Of a stretch of 64,000 nucleotides of DNA, positions 33,674-46,146 are shown in pieces. Both the position numbers and the translations under genes were made by a program. The number at the start of each line of letters is the position of its first letter. Within the stretch, counting starts at the first letter, position 1. The notes under the pieces were generated by a model, which made no database searches, was not told the DNA's origin, and worked only from the letters and a program-made list of their open reading frames with translations. Source of the DNA: Blastocladiella emersonii ATCC 22665 (lineage: Eukaryota; Fungi; Blastocladiomycota); contig JANHCV010000007.1 of the NCBI GenBank assembly GCA_025594325.1, positions 1,054,001 through 1,118,000 of the forward strand, written 5' to 3'.

Positions 33674-33986
33674 CTCACTCGCACATGTCCCCCTCCCCTC
33701 GCGTTGCTTCCTGGCCTTGTTCTCGCCCATTTGTGTCCAATACATCTGGCTTTGTGTCCATCGTATCTTCAATCGTTACCCTTGGCTCGAAAATGACGCG
33801 ACTCGTTGAGAAACGCGTGGTTCGCAAAGTGTCTCACACGTCACGTGATTGATCGACGCGTCTCCACCGATGCGTTCTGACCTCAGCGACGCGTCAAATC
33901 ATCTGGAATCGCTTATCTAACGTTATAGTACTTGACAAATCAGTATATTACAGCATGCATGCGGGTACAACAATTATTTCGCGCCT

Positions 33987-35304
33987 TCAAAGACGGGTCC
34001 CACGAGCGGCCATGACGCGCCTGTACTCGGTCCAAAGAACATTTGCGATGCGGTTCCGAAGCGAGATACCGCGCTGACGAGCTCCGTCCAGCGAGGCCTC
34101 GAGGACAGCGGCCTCGTCGTCCTCCTCGTTCTCGTCGTTCAGGGGCTCGCGCCCACGTACTGGCGCCTCACGCGCCGCGTCCCGCGCGCGCCGGAGCTCC
34201 GTCTCGGCGTCGCGAAAGAAGGCGTCGCCGCCTTGGTTCCACTTGTTGATCATGTTGTGCAGCGTGCAGAGCGCGTACACAAGCTTGACTTGAGTCTTGA
34301 TTGGGTAGGCCGCGCCAATCGAGAGGACGCGGAACCGCTTCTTGAGCACGCCAAAGATATGCTCAATGGAGTTGCGGAGCGACGCGTGACGCAGATTGAA
34401 AAGCTCTTCGCGGTTCTTAACTCTACGTACGTTGGTGAAGCAGATGAGATGGCGCCAACGTGATGGTCATGGCAGTGAGAACGTACCCATCCTTGCCGCG
34501 GGCAAACTCGCGAAGATGATAGCGGGTACCGCTGAAGGGCACGATGATGGACGTGCGGTTTGCGTAGCCGCCGTCGGCGAGGTAGAAGCGGCCGGCGGGG
34601 ATCTTGAACCCACGGGCGAAGGCGTCCGAGAGCACGCGCGAGTCGTGCGCCTTGCCCTCCCACCCTGCGAGAACGTAGGTGAAGTTCAAGTCAAAGTCGC
34701 AGGCAGCGAGGACATTTGAGGAGATGGTCCCCTTGCGGTTTCGGAACGAGTCGTGAAGCTTGGCGGGCACAACAAACGGGATGTGCGTTCCGTCAAGCGC
34801 GCCGACCGCGTTCTGGAACGGAGCGTATTTCGGGTCGTGGGCGATGCGCTCATGCACGGGCGTAGAATCGGACGGCTGGACAATGAACTCGGGCATCAGG
34901 CGGTACAGAGCGTCGAGCACCTGCTTCAGAACCCTGGACGCGGTCTCGCCAGAGATTTGGAACCGCTCCCTGAGGTTGCGGTTGGTGCTGCCCTCGCCGG
35001 CCATGACAAGAAAAACCATGAAGCGCGCCTCGACGGACAGCTCGCGGCCGTCGGTGAGAAGGCCACGGTCGCGGAACAGGCGGCAGATGGCCTTGAAGGT
35101 CTCGCGGGGCATACGGGCGATTTCCGAAAAACGCGTTTTGCTGTTGCACGTCAGCAGCTCTTGAACCCACGACTCGCCAGAAAGCGTGGACGTGCGGATA
35201 GGCTCCCACGAGCGGCGCTCGTTGCGCGCAGCGAGACGTCGCAGGAGAGCGAGGGCGGCCGTGAGCATGAGGCCGCGCAGCTTGCGGTTGTATCCCTTGC
35301 CCAT
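33987..35304 (-). CDS. Harbinger (DDE_Tnp_4-type) transposase (417 aa, 2 exons)
   Basis: Exons 35304-34487 and 34422-33987 (intron GTACGT..CGTAG). Motifs GALDGTH, GWEGKAHD, YLADGGY and FNLRHASLRNSIEHIFGVLKKRF; the catalytic D, D and E are present. Confidence 0.95.
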
Positions 35305-36491
35305 GTTGTTTGAGGGCTCGAGAACACGATGCGTGAGGTTAGGTGTTGATTCGTTGCAATAAGTGCGGCTGCAAAGAGGTGGGAAAGATTTTATTGCGGG
35401 GGGGGGGGGGGAGGGGCGTTCATCCAGCGGGGCGTTTGGTTCGCACGGCCGCTGAGATGAACGGGGGTGAGGTGAAACGTGGCAACTTTTTCAGCTGATC
35501 CACCTGATCTGAACCAAACGGACCCTAAAAGATTGAGGGAGAAGCAGCCAGTAAAAGAGGGACCGCCGCCTCCCGTGCAGCCGCGCCGCCGGACAGTAGC
35601 ACCGCGGCGGTCGGCGGCACGCGTTTTTGAGCCCGCCCACGCCCACTTCACGGTGGCCTCCATGTTCCTCTCGCAAGTTGATCTGCGCTCTCGCTCTCGC
35701 TCTCTCACGCCGCGCGCACCTCGGCTACCCAGCGTGCATCGAGGCGACAGCTCGCGTTCATGTACAATGGATGGAATCGAGCAATGTAGGGAAATCAAAA
35801 CCACTGCGAGCGGAATCACAAAACTGCGGGTAGACGGACGGACGCCTTGGTATGTAGTGGTACAGGCGGGAGGAGAGACGTGGCGCACTGGGCAGCCGTT
35901 GACGGTTGAGCCTGAGTGGGTTGCAAGCGAGGAGCGCGCGACCGCCACGCGCGCGCGCGCCTGAAGACAGGCGCGACCTAGTCGCGGCTCTGGTTGCAGC
36001 TCTCCCACACCAGGCGGTACTGGGCGACAAGCGAGACCTCGGAGACGAGCGAGACCTCGGCATACGGCACCAGGCCATAACCCGGCGGGCCGTCGGCGGG
36101 CGGCGTCGGCTCCTCGTCGTGGCGGAACGACAGGTGGTCCCCGATGACGCTGGAGAACCGCCGCAGTCCCATGAGCGGCGACACGCAGTCGAGGTGCGGA
36201 GGCGAGGCCGACTTGTTGGGGGACTTGTTGCACGACCAGACCGACGTGACGGGGGACTTGCCAGACGACGAGACTGGACCGGCGCCGGAGACCGCTGCCG
36301 CCGCGACAGACGTCGGAGCCGCAGCCGGCGAAGCCGCCATGCCGCGCTGGAGCGCAGGCGAGTCGCGCTCACAGCCGATCGCGCCGCAGGATGCCCGGGT
36401 TGGAGTTGTAGGGAGTGGTGACGACGACGAGGGCGGCTTGGGCGAGCAGAGTGGCTGCGAACTGGGAGGCGTGGGGGGCGGAGCGAGCAGG

Positions 36492-36781
36492 GCGAGCGGA
36501 ACGCGAGGGGTCTCGATCGTGGCCCCGCCAGGTGCCGCCGTCGTCACGGGGCAGTCAGGGAGCGGCAACGTGCAGGTTATGGTGCCCAAGGCCGCGGAAG
36601 GACAGTGGGCGTGGTCGGCGCAGACGAGTACTGGGAACGTCGAGGTCGATGGGACGCGGGTGCGCCGAGATGGGAACGGCGGCCAGGTCGAGGGTACCCG
36701 GGCGAGGTCGGCGACGGGCGCGTGGGCCGCTCGATCAAGGTTGTCACGACGAGCGGGAACGTTGTGCTGCGTCGCGAATGA
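36492..36781 (+). pseudogene. 3' fragment of DUF4097-like paralogue 1
   Basis: VSIVAPP..SGNVQV.VP...GQWAWSAQTSTGNVEVDG aligns with 38220-38490. A 1-nt deletion near 36698 shifts the ending RSIKVVTTSGNVVLRRE* (TGA 36779-36781). Confidence 0.85.
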
Positions 36782-37358
36782 GTGACAACTGCCTTCTCGT
36801 GTTGATTTTCATACATCGCTTACTTTTGGGACCTGATGGGGTGAGTGATGGGGTGAAGCTTAGATGGTGACGCGTCGCGATATTACATCATCTGCCCGTG
36901 AGCAACACGGGTTCGCCTTGCACTGAATCTAGCTCTGCCGACTCTATTGGTCGGCAAGGTTCCCTGCTCGTCCAAGGATGAGCGACCATGGTGGCTAGTC
37001 GTCAACCACCACAATTGTCCAAGGCCCCTCCTGGTGCTGAGTAACCCGACCGTCTACTTTTACGTTGTTCGCGGTCCCTCGCCATCGTCTTGAAACAGAA
37101 GAAACTGGAGCTTGCGATGCTGTCGCAGGCTTGAGCGAACTTTCGACGTTGTCGGATCTTGGCTGATCCGCGCCCTGACGGCGAGGCTGGCTTGGATGGT
37201 CGCGAATAGCTCGGAACGTGGCTAGACTGATGCGATCGTCTTCCCCCGCTTCCCACGCTTCCGCGCTGCTGCGGATCACGCCCGACTCCGCGGCCGCGGT
37301 CTTGAACAAAACATGTGCGGGGCCCGCGCAAGCTCCCGCCATCGACACGCGCGCAACC

Positions 37359-38490
37359 ATGGACAAGCCGACGACCCCCGCACACCTCGAGGCCGCGGAC
37401 CGAGGCGGTAGCAACATGAGCTGGTGCTGCACGGTTCCCACGTTTGTGTGTCGAGCAGTTGTGATTGGACTATGTCTGGTCGTGACCGTGCTGATCGGCG
37501 TGGTGGTGCGTCGGCCATCGCAGGGTCGTCGAGATCAAGTTCTCATCCCGTCCCGTCCCGCCTTCGTCTAGCTCGCGCTCGGCCGTCCCGCCGTCGCTGG
37601 AACCGTGTGCGAGACGACCGCGCGCGTCGTCATGTCCGAGTCGGGCAGCGTCAACATCGCGAGCTTGATCGCGTCAGGGCCTGCATCCATCGAGGTCCTG
37701 GATCAGAACGTACGTCGTCTCGCGCGTCGCCGCCTTTGATCGCCCCTTACACGCCTCCCCGTAGTACGGCAAGATCGTGTTCCAGACGAACGCCGACGCG
37801 TCGTCCGCGGCCGTATCGTACCGCGTCCAGCACTTTGCTCCGTCAACGCCAGACCCGCTTCCCGCGCGGCCGCGCGCCGAGATCATCAACGGCCGATGGA
37901 TCCTGTACCCGCACGGCAGTCCTTCGTTGACAGTGGTTCGAGACGTGTGCGTGACCATGATCACCACCGTCACGGTCCCCCAGGTTTTCAGTGCCAACGT
38001 CTCGCTCGTGGCAGCCACGACCAACGCCAACGTCGAGCTGTTCACGTTCACCGCGGCCCCAGTCTGGGACGCGGCCAAGATCCAGACCGCCAATGGCAAC
38101 ATCGGTGGTCGGATCAACGCGGTGCGGCAGGCCAACGTCACGACGGAGAACGGGAACTCGGAGATCGTGGTCGCGGCCGCGCACCGGGTTGCGTTGCAGG
38201 CGGATAACGGGAACATGGAAGTCTCGCTCGAGGCTCCACCGAAGAGCGCGGAGGTGACGGCGCGGTCGGGTAACGGGAACGTGCAGGTCGCGGTCCCCAA
38301 CGTCGCTGACGGTCAGTGGGCGTGGTCGGTGCAGACAAGCACCGGCAACATCGAGGTCGATGGGAACAAGGTGCGCCATGACGGTGACAGCGGCAAGGCC
38401 GAGGGAAAGCTGGGCAAGGGGGACGGTGTCCCAACCCGCTCGATCAAAGTCGTTACAGCGAGCGGGAACGTGTCGCTGCGACGCGAATGA
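37359..38490 (+). CDS. DUF4097 (putative adhesin, beta-repeat)-like single-pass membrane protein, intact paralogue 2 (336 aa)
   Basis: Exons 37359-37505, 37572-37709 and 37765-38490. An N-terminal hydrophobic segment (AVVIGLCLVVTVLIGVV) is followed by repeated T.NGNI/NGN.E/SGNGNV/TSTGNI/TASGNV units. Confidence 0.75.
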
Positions 38491-38566
38491 GTGAGCTACG
38501 GTTGAGATTTTATACATGTGCACCCTTTGATACCGCAGCAACTGGACGCGGGAAGTGCGCGGGATC

Positions 38567-38588
38567 GACGCGTTGCGATATCATGTGA
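38567..38588 (+). promoter_or_regulatory. Conserved upstream motif GACGCGTYGCGATATCATGTGA, copy 1
   Basis: Also at 42399-42420 and 46147-46168, each about 65-110 bp before a DUF4470-like ATG. A partial copy is at 36869-36883. Confidence 0.6.
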
Positions 38589-38699
38589 TGCGACCGTGTG
38601 AGACGCGGGAGACAGGTTTGGCAGGCGCGTTCCCTCGGGGTCAATCGCGTCTCCTCTCGCTTCGTCCTCCTCGTCGCATCAGGATAGAACCACACTACC

Positions 38700-41600
38700 A
38701 TGAAGCAAAAGAAAAAGACTAACCGCAAACGCGCTAACCCGGCTGATGGAGCCGCCGTCACCGCGACAGTGGCCGATCCGTCGCCGTCGCTCACCTGCGT
38801 GACGCTGGCGCTCAACCACGCGACTGGCGACACTTACCATCCGTTCGGCCGCACCTATGCTCGCGATCTCTTTTTCTACCACAACCCTCGCGTTCACCGT
38901 CGCCTCGACGCGCTTGTCTTCCAGTGCGGCGACCTGCGCGACGTGGCGCGCACCATCGGTGATTCCAAGCGCAAGTATGGCCGTGGTTGCGATCTGGCCT
39001 TCGTTCTCAGCGACACACGCCCTGAGACGATTGCGCATAACCTGCTCGTCCTCCATGCCGTCGCGAACTTTGACGGCTCGGACAAGTCCACGTTCGCGCG
39101 CCACATCGGCCAGCTCTTTTACTCGTCGCTGCTCGAGCCGGATACCCATCGCTTCTGGACCACGCGCATCGGCTCGTGTCTCGATGCCAACTTCACCGAC
39201 GAGGACGCCCAAGTTCGCGTGCTTGACGAGGACTCGATGCGCGCCGTCCGCAACTGCTGGGAATCGTGGCTCGCGTGCGACTGGACGCCTGAGCAGCTTG
39301 CCAAGGAGCGCAGCAACTACTTTTCTCGGACCCAAGGCGTCGATGTCGGCCGTGACCACTTTCAATCGGCCGTGAACCGGTTCATGGATCTTGCGCGCAG
39401 CACTCATGGTGGCGACTTGCCTGTGGGCACCCACGCGCCGGCCCTGGAGCGCGAGGTACGCGCGCTGCTTGCCGAAGGCGCGTGTCTTTTCGCCAAGGAA
39501 TTGAAGACGGATGCCGATCGTAGCGATCTCGTTGTCAACCCGACTCTGCTTCTCGCTGGCTTCCATCGCAAGCTTTCCTTCTCGGCTCCGTTTGCCTTTT
39601 CGCCGCTCAACGTGTTCCAGGTTGACATTGACGATATTCGCGGGAGCATGCTGCGCGAGCTCGGTGAGTACGTCGGGTTGCTCATCGAGGCATTTGGCCC
39701 CGGCAGCGACCGTCGCCGCGACTCGGGTACAAAGACCACGGTCGCGCAGTGGGGGGACCATCCGCCCGCCGCGCCCTTCCTCTGCCGGATCGCCTTCATT
39801 GCCGGGCATCCAGTCACGGTCATGGAGCGCCTCGTGTCCCACGCGCAGCTCTCTCATCCGCCCTCGGCCTCGGGATCGAACTTGCTGCCGCAGCAGCGGC
39901 TCCAGCCCGACCCCAAGCAGCTTTGATTTAATGTCATCGAGACGGGCAACTTGATGGACTCATGCGGATTGCTCAACCTGATTGTGCACGCGTCGCCGCT
40001 GCTGTCCATCGACTGGGACCTGGGTCGCTCAGTTTTGCGCACCTGGACCGATGACGCTCACGCAATTTCTCCTTCGCGCCTCGACTTTCTTCGTCGGGTC
40101 ACCGCGTTGCCGCTCGAGACGTTCCCGACTCTTCTCGGCGTAAACCTTCTCGAGCACGCGACCGACGACCACTGGGCTTCGCACGCGACATTTATCGCGT
40201 GGAGCGCCGACCAGGTCGAGCGGCGCGGCGGCCGGAGTCGCGAGGAGTTCACTTACTACCGGCTCGCGTCGCCGAGTGTGCCGATCGCGCTGTACGAATC
40301 GACCTTCTTGCGTGACGCTTTGGTTCGCTGTGCCGAGGAGCTCTGCGGAACCGGCGATGCGACGCTCGTTGGCAAGCCTGGTACGTCTCCACGTTACTTG
40401 ATCTGTTGCACAGCTCACCCACCGCGTCGAGTGTGTATCAGGGCCGCACGCGACTGGCGCGCTGCTTCCCAAGTTGCTTGCCTTCGCTTTTGCATCGGGT
40501 CGCCTGACGTGGACTGGCGCGATGATCGTCGAGTCAACTTCGTGGCCCGAGCTGCGCGAGCTGTGGACCGCTGTCCGCGCCAGCGCGTCTCTTTCGACGT
40601 GCGCGGCCGAGATCTTTGCGCAGGCGCAGCTTTATGGCTTTCCTGTCAGCGCGCGCGACGAGGGCGTGCTTCGCGTCGAGGGGCTCATTGACCGCGAGTT
40701 CGTCGCTTCCACGGCCGCCACGGACCCGTTCGCAGCCATGGTCCTCGAGATTGCGCACAATGGCATGACGCACGCGTTCCGCAGCCTCCTCGTTGCGCCG
40801 TCGAGCGCTGACGGCGAGGAGCAGCTTCGCGTCGCCACTTACGTACTGCGCCACCTCGTCGCGGGTCTCGGAGACCGTCTTGACGTTCGCGTCCGCTTCG
40901 ACCACGGCTCTGCTCAAGCCGCAGCCGCGGTCGCCCCGCTTTCGTCCGTTTTGGTGACCAGGGTGCCCGCCAACGCGGTCGCGACCGCAACGGCCAGCAT
41001 CGCCAAGTACGCGTCGGCTACACGGTTTATCGACTACAGCGAAAGCTTGACGCCGCCAACTGCACGACCTTTCCTTCCCGTTATGAACGCTGTCGAGTTG
41101 GCCGACGAGCTCGAGCTCACCATGACCATTCCTTTCGCGCAGCGTCACGCTCTCATCGCCATCCCGAGTACTCCTGGGGATCCAGCTGGTACGGTCGACT
41201 TTACCGTCAACGGTCAGCAGCAGGTCCTGCGTCTTCCGTGCCGCGTCATCATCTCAATGGCCGCCGAGGACCCGCGGCGGCGCTTCGTCAAGCTCACACT
41301 TTCTCGCGTGCTGGCGCCTGTCTCGCTTGACGTCGGCCTCACTCCCCTCGTTCCTTGCATCGCCGACCGGAGCGACATTTACAAGGTCGGTGCGACTGGG
41401 CGGGCTGACCAGAAGCTTGCCCTTCTCTCGCTTCACGTCGCTGCTTCCGACAACGACTTCCTTTCCGCTATCTCGTCCGCTCCTGGCAAACCAACGAGCG
41501 AGCAGGAGGCAAAGCACCTGTCCGGTCTCGCTGCCCGGCTGATCGGTGCGTATGACCGTGGCACTCGCGTCGTGGAACTCGTTCTGCTTTCGCCCGGGCT

Positions 41601-42111
41601 TTCGTTCGTCGCCGTACTCATCTTTCACCGCTTGTCTTTAATTCCGCCCCAGGACGCGTCGCGCGCGCATACGCCGGTGCTCGAGATCAGCTTCATGCCG
41701 AACCCACAGCACCTCGCCGAGGATAGCTTTCTGCTCGCACAGCATCGGGACTCGGGCAAGCCCTACTTTGGGCAGGTCGCCTCGAAACTCCCCCACAGCG
41801 GCATGATGCTTCTCACGGTCCCGGCCGAGTACGTGCCGTGCGTTCTTTACTACATTGAGCACGGGGTGCACTCGGTGGCCAACAAGAGCATTTGGAACGA
41901 GCGCGGCTTCCCGGACGCGTTCTTTTCGCGGATCGAAAAGTTCCTGTACCGCAGCTTCCTTTTGCCCCTTTACCCGATCCACGGCACACAGCACCAGGCT
42001 GCGTACGTGTCCGGTTCCAGCGGGACGCGTGCTGGCGATGATGCTCACTGCGACGACGATCATGACGACGAGGAGGAGGTTGTGGATGACCGAATTGTGG
42101 AGATCGACTGA
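38700..42111 (+). pseudogene. DUF4470-like gene A, with one premature TGA
   Basis: Motifs YHPFGRT, LVFQCGDLRDV and FNVIETGNLMDSCGLLNL. TGA at 39924-39926 is in frame with the downstream ORF, where paralogue B has CGA. Intron 40381-40441. Ends DDRIVEID*. Confidence 0.75.
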
Positions 42112-42398
42112 GAAAGGGCGAGGTGGCTGCTCGAAGGGGACTCGAATATACATGATCTGTCTTGGCTCTTATTTTTCGCTTTGAGAATACCTAAGACTCG
42201 CTGCGTTGACGTATCTCCGTCTTACTGCGTTGACGTATCTCCGACTCAAGGTTTTGAGTTCAATACGCCGCGATTTCACGTCGCCTTCAAATGCGTGCTG
42301 ACTGCGGTAGCAATGGGTCTCGCGTTTCGCGAATTGGCGTATCACGGCGCGTTTCTGGCAGGCAAAAACTACGCCGAACCGGTGAAAACTGCAAAAAG

Positions 42399-42420
42399 GA
42401 CGCGTCGCGATATCATGTGA
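42399..42420 (+). promoter_or_regulatory. Conserved upstream motif, copy 2
   Basis: GACGCGTCGCGATATCATGTGA, 108 bp before ATG 42528. Confidence 0.6.
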
Positions 42421-42527
42421 TGTGCACGTGAGGCGTCCAACGCGTTTTCACCCCGCGACGCGCCTCTCGTGACGCGCTCGACGCGACTTCCCACGCTCCT
42501 CACCAATGCACTCAGCAACCCGCTACC

Positions 42528-45500
42528 ATGAAGCAAAAGATCAAGACTACTCGCAAATGCACGGCAGACGCACGTGAATCAATGGAATCGACTCTTACCA
42601 CACCGTCACGGACGGCCCCTCCGCTGCCGTCGCTGACTTGCGCAACGCTGGCTCTCGGCGACACTGCCGACCCGTACTACGCCTTTGGTCGCACCTATGC
42701 GCGGGACCTCTTCCTTAACCACAATCCTTGCGTTTATCGGCGCCTCGACGCGCTTGTCTTCCAATGCGGCGACCTGCGCGACGTTGCACATACTTTTGCA
42801 GAGACCAAGCGCAAGTACGCGTTTGGATGCGATCTGGCCTTCGTTCTCAGCGATACGCACCCCGAGGTTATCCCGCGCAACCTGCTCGTTCTCAATGTCG
42901 TCGCGAACTTTGACGGCTCGGACAAGTCCGCGCTCGTGCGCCACATCGGCCAACTCTTCTACTCTTCGCTGCTCGAACCGGCTACCAGTCGCTTCTGGAT
43001 GACGCGCATCGGCTGGTGCCTCGATGCCAACTTCTCCGATGAGGACGCCCAGGTTCGCGTGCTTGACGAAAACACGATGCGCGCCGTCCGCAACTGCTGG
43101 GAATCGTGGCTCGCGTGCAACTGGACGCCGGAGCAGCTTGCTAAGGAGCGCAACAATTTTTTCGTCCGGACTCGGGGCTTCAAGGCCGGTCGCGATCATG
43201 TCGAAGCCGCCGTTGACCAGTTTATGGATACGACACTTGTCGTCAATGGCGGCGCTGCTGCCGACCGTTCCCGCATGACGAATTCACAGGAAGCCGTTCG
43301 TGGGATGCTACTTGAAGGCGCTTTTCTTTTCTTTTCGGATCGTACCGGTCCGGTGTCCGCTCTCTACGTGAACCCAACGATGCTCCTTGCAGGTCCTGAC
43401 CGCTCTCTTTCGTTCTCGGCCCCGTTTGCCTTTTCGCCACTCAGCGTTTTTCACATCAATACCGACGACGTTTTCGGTGGCATGCAATGCTCGTTGGAAT
43501 CGTGTGTCGACTCGCTCCTTGAAGCGTTTGGGCTTGGCAGCGGTCGCCGACGGAACCTTTCCGAATTACCTCATGTGACCGAGTGGGATGACGAATCTGG
43601 CCTGGCGCCGTTCTTGTGCCGTATCGCATTCATCGCCGGACATCCTGTCAAGGTTATGGAAGCGCTCGTGTCTCAGCCTCAGCTCTACCACTTCGACCTC
43701 CAGCGTAAGCCAGTGGATGATCGCGGCTTCGCCTTGCAGCCCCCGCACCACGAAACGGATCTGCTTCGATTCAACGTGATTGAGACGGGCAACTTGATGG
43801 ACACGTGCGGGCTGCTCAACCTGATTGTTCACGCGTCGCCATTGCTCGCAACCAGCTGGGAGAACGGCCGCCCGTTGCTTCGCACATGGACCGACCACGC
43901 ATACTCGCTTGCGACCTCAACCACCGACTTTCTGCGCCGGGTCACCGCCCTTCCGCTCGAGGCGTTCCCGACCCTGCTTGGCGTGAACCTTCTCGAACGT
44001 GCGACCAACGACTCTTGGACGTCGTACGTGACGCACCTTGCTTGGAGCGACAGCCAAGTTGACCGTCATGGCGGCCACAGTCGCGAGGAATTTACTTTCT
44101 ACAAGCTCGACACGCCCACCATTTCTATTGCGCTGCGCGAGTCGGACTTTCTGATCAACGCGATCGTCAAGTGTGCAGAGGAGCTGTGCGGGCCTGACGC
44201 TGCATCGATGGCTGCTGTGCCTGGTACGTCGTCATTCGTCGTCAGTTCGTTCCAACGTATACTCTAAACTCACGACCAACTCATTTAGCGGGTTCGCATG
44301 CAACCGGCGCACTGATTCCCAAGATGCTCGCTTTCTCCTTTGCTGCGGGTCGTCTCTCATGGACTGGAGCCGTACAGCTCGACTTGACGCCGTGGCCAGG
44401 CGCGATCGAACTCTGGTCCGCTGTGCGGGCAACGGCTCGCTCTCGTCTTGCTCTGCCGAGATATTTGCTCAAGCGCAGCTCTACGGGTTCCCCATCGACA
44501 TCGACGGGTTGCGCGACGACTCGTACCTTTACCGCGTCGAGGGCCTCGTCGACGGCGCATTCCTTGCGGCAGCGAGTGCCGTGAACCCGCTGTTGGCCGT
44601 CGTGCTCGAGATCACGCTTGATTCGGTCGTGCACCAGTTCCGCAGCATCATCGTTGAGCCTTCGGTCGAAAGCCGTGGTCGACAGCATCGCGTGGCCGCG
44701 TATGTGCCGCGATACGTCATTGAATGCGCAACCGAACCCCTTGCTGTGCGAGTCCGATTTGATCTTGCTCCCGTGCCGGCTGCCTCGAAGACTCGGAGCA
44801 CGTCTTTGCTGCTCAAGTCCGTGTCGGCAACACGGGTTCCTCTCAACGCGTCTCCAAATACCTTGGCCAGCATCGCAAAGTTTACGGCGGACACGCGGCA
44901 CTTTCAGCGTATGAAATGTCATACACCACTGCCGCCAATTCTCGTTCTGCCAGTCGTCCAGGCGGTTGAGCTTGCCGACTCAATCGAGGTTACTTTTTCG
45001 ATGCCGAGCACTTTGCGTCGCACCTCTATCCATCTCTTGACACCTGGCGCGTCACGTCTCACTGGCGGGGCCGCTAGCTTCATGGTCAACGGGAAAGTAC
45101 AGGCGATCCGGCTGCCCTGCCTCGTAACCGTCGACTCGTTTTCGTCTGATCCGCACCAGCGCACCGTGGTGCTCACTCTCTCGCGCGTGCTCGCGCCTGA
45201 CTCCACCGCCGTCGCACTCACGCCAGTCGTCCCGGTCGTGGCAGACCATTCCGACACCTTCATGCTGGGCACGGTGGGCATTCATTGCCACCAAACGCTT
45301 GCGTATCTGCCCGGCTTGGTGAACGCTGTCACCCGTGATGATCAAGCTGCGAACGAACTTACTGCGACCCGGCCAGCCAACGACATGACTTCCGAGCAGG
45401 AGGCGCAGTACCTTCGCCTTTTTGTTGCGCAAGTGCTGGCCAGCTACGCGCGTGGCGCACGTGTTGTGGAACTCGTACTTGACGGCACAAACTCTTCGAG

Positions 45501-46023
45501 CAAGAAGCGTGCCTTTCTCGCGGTCCTGATCCTGTATCGCGTCTCCGTGATCCTGCCGCATGATCCGTCGCGATCGTCCACCCCCGTACTTGAGATGAGC
45601 TTCCTGCCGAACCCAACCATTGCTACAGCTAGCTTACTGGTACCGGAGCCACATATCTCGAGCCTCAAGCTGCTTCCGCTCGTCGCAGGCAAGTTTCCCC
45701 GCACCAACTCGACTGAGTGCAAGGTGACCCTCGCGGTGCCCAAGGTTTTCTCATCCAGCGTCCTCGAGTGCCTCTCGCACGGATCCCTCTCTGTCCCCTG
45801 CCCGGCCGTTTGGAACGAGTGCGGGTTCGACAAGGCCTTTTTCGCTCTCCTCGAACCTCACCTACGCCAAAGCTTCATGCTGCTGCTTTCCCCTGCGCAC
45901 GGACACCAATATCGTGTCTCGATTCCATCGCCGCCTGCTCCCATTGTCCTTTCCAGCGCAACTCACGAGCCCGAGGAGGTCAGTGCGGAGGCAGTGGATG
46001 ATCGGATCGTGGAACTCGATTGA
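42528..46023 (+). pseudogene. DUF4470-like gene B, with one frameshift
   Basis: Colinear with A; intron 44224-44288. Exon 2 homology switches from frame 44324 (MLAFSFAAGRLSWTG..AVRAT) to frame 44173 (SLSSCSAEIFAQAQLYGFP) near 44431. Ends DDRIVELD*. Confidence 0.75.
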
Positions 46024-46146
46024 GCGAGCGACCACGCCTGACCAACTGACTAAATACATACCTGCTTTACATTTCCGGAGCAGTCGTTTCCAAAAGAACG
46101 CGCTGATGAATTACAAGAGCATCGGCTTGCTTCATTGCTCCTGCGA

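Larger units (their letters stand above)
32274..35525. mobile_element. PIF/Harbinger DNA transposon (3252 bp), apparently autonomous
   Basis: TIRs GGGCCCGTTTGGTTC (32274-32288) and GAACCAAACGGACCC (35511-35525), one mismatch. Flanks are TTA on the left and TAA on the right. It contains convergent Myb/SANT-like and DDE transposase genes. Confidence 0.95.

Noticed and set aside
35429-35525. Independent 97-bp Tourist-like MITE at the Harbinger right end
   Set aside because: There is no TWA target sequence on its left side. It is better explained as the subterminal structure of the full element.
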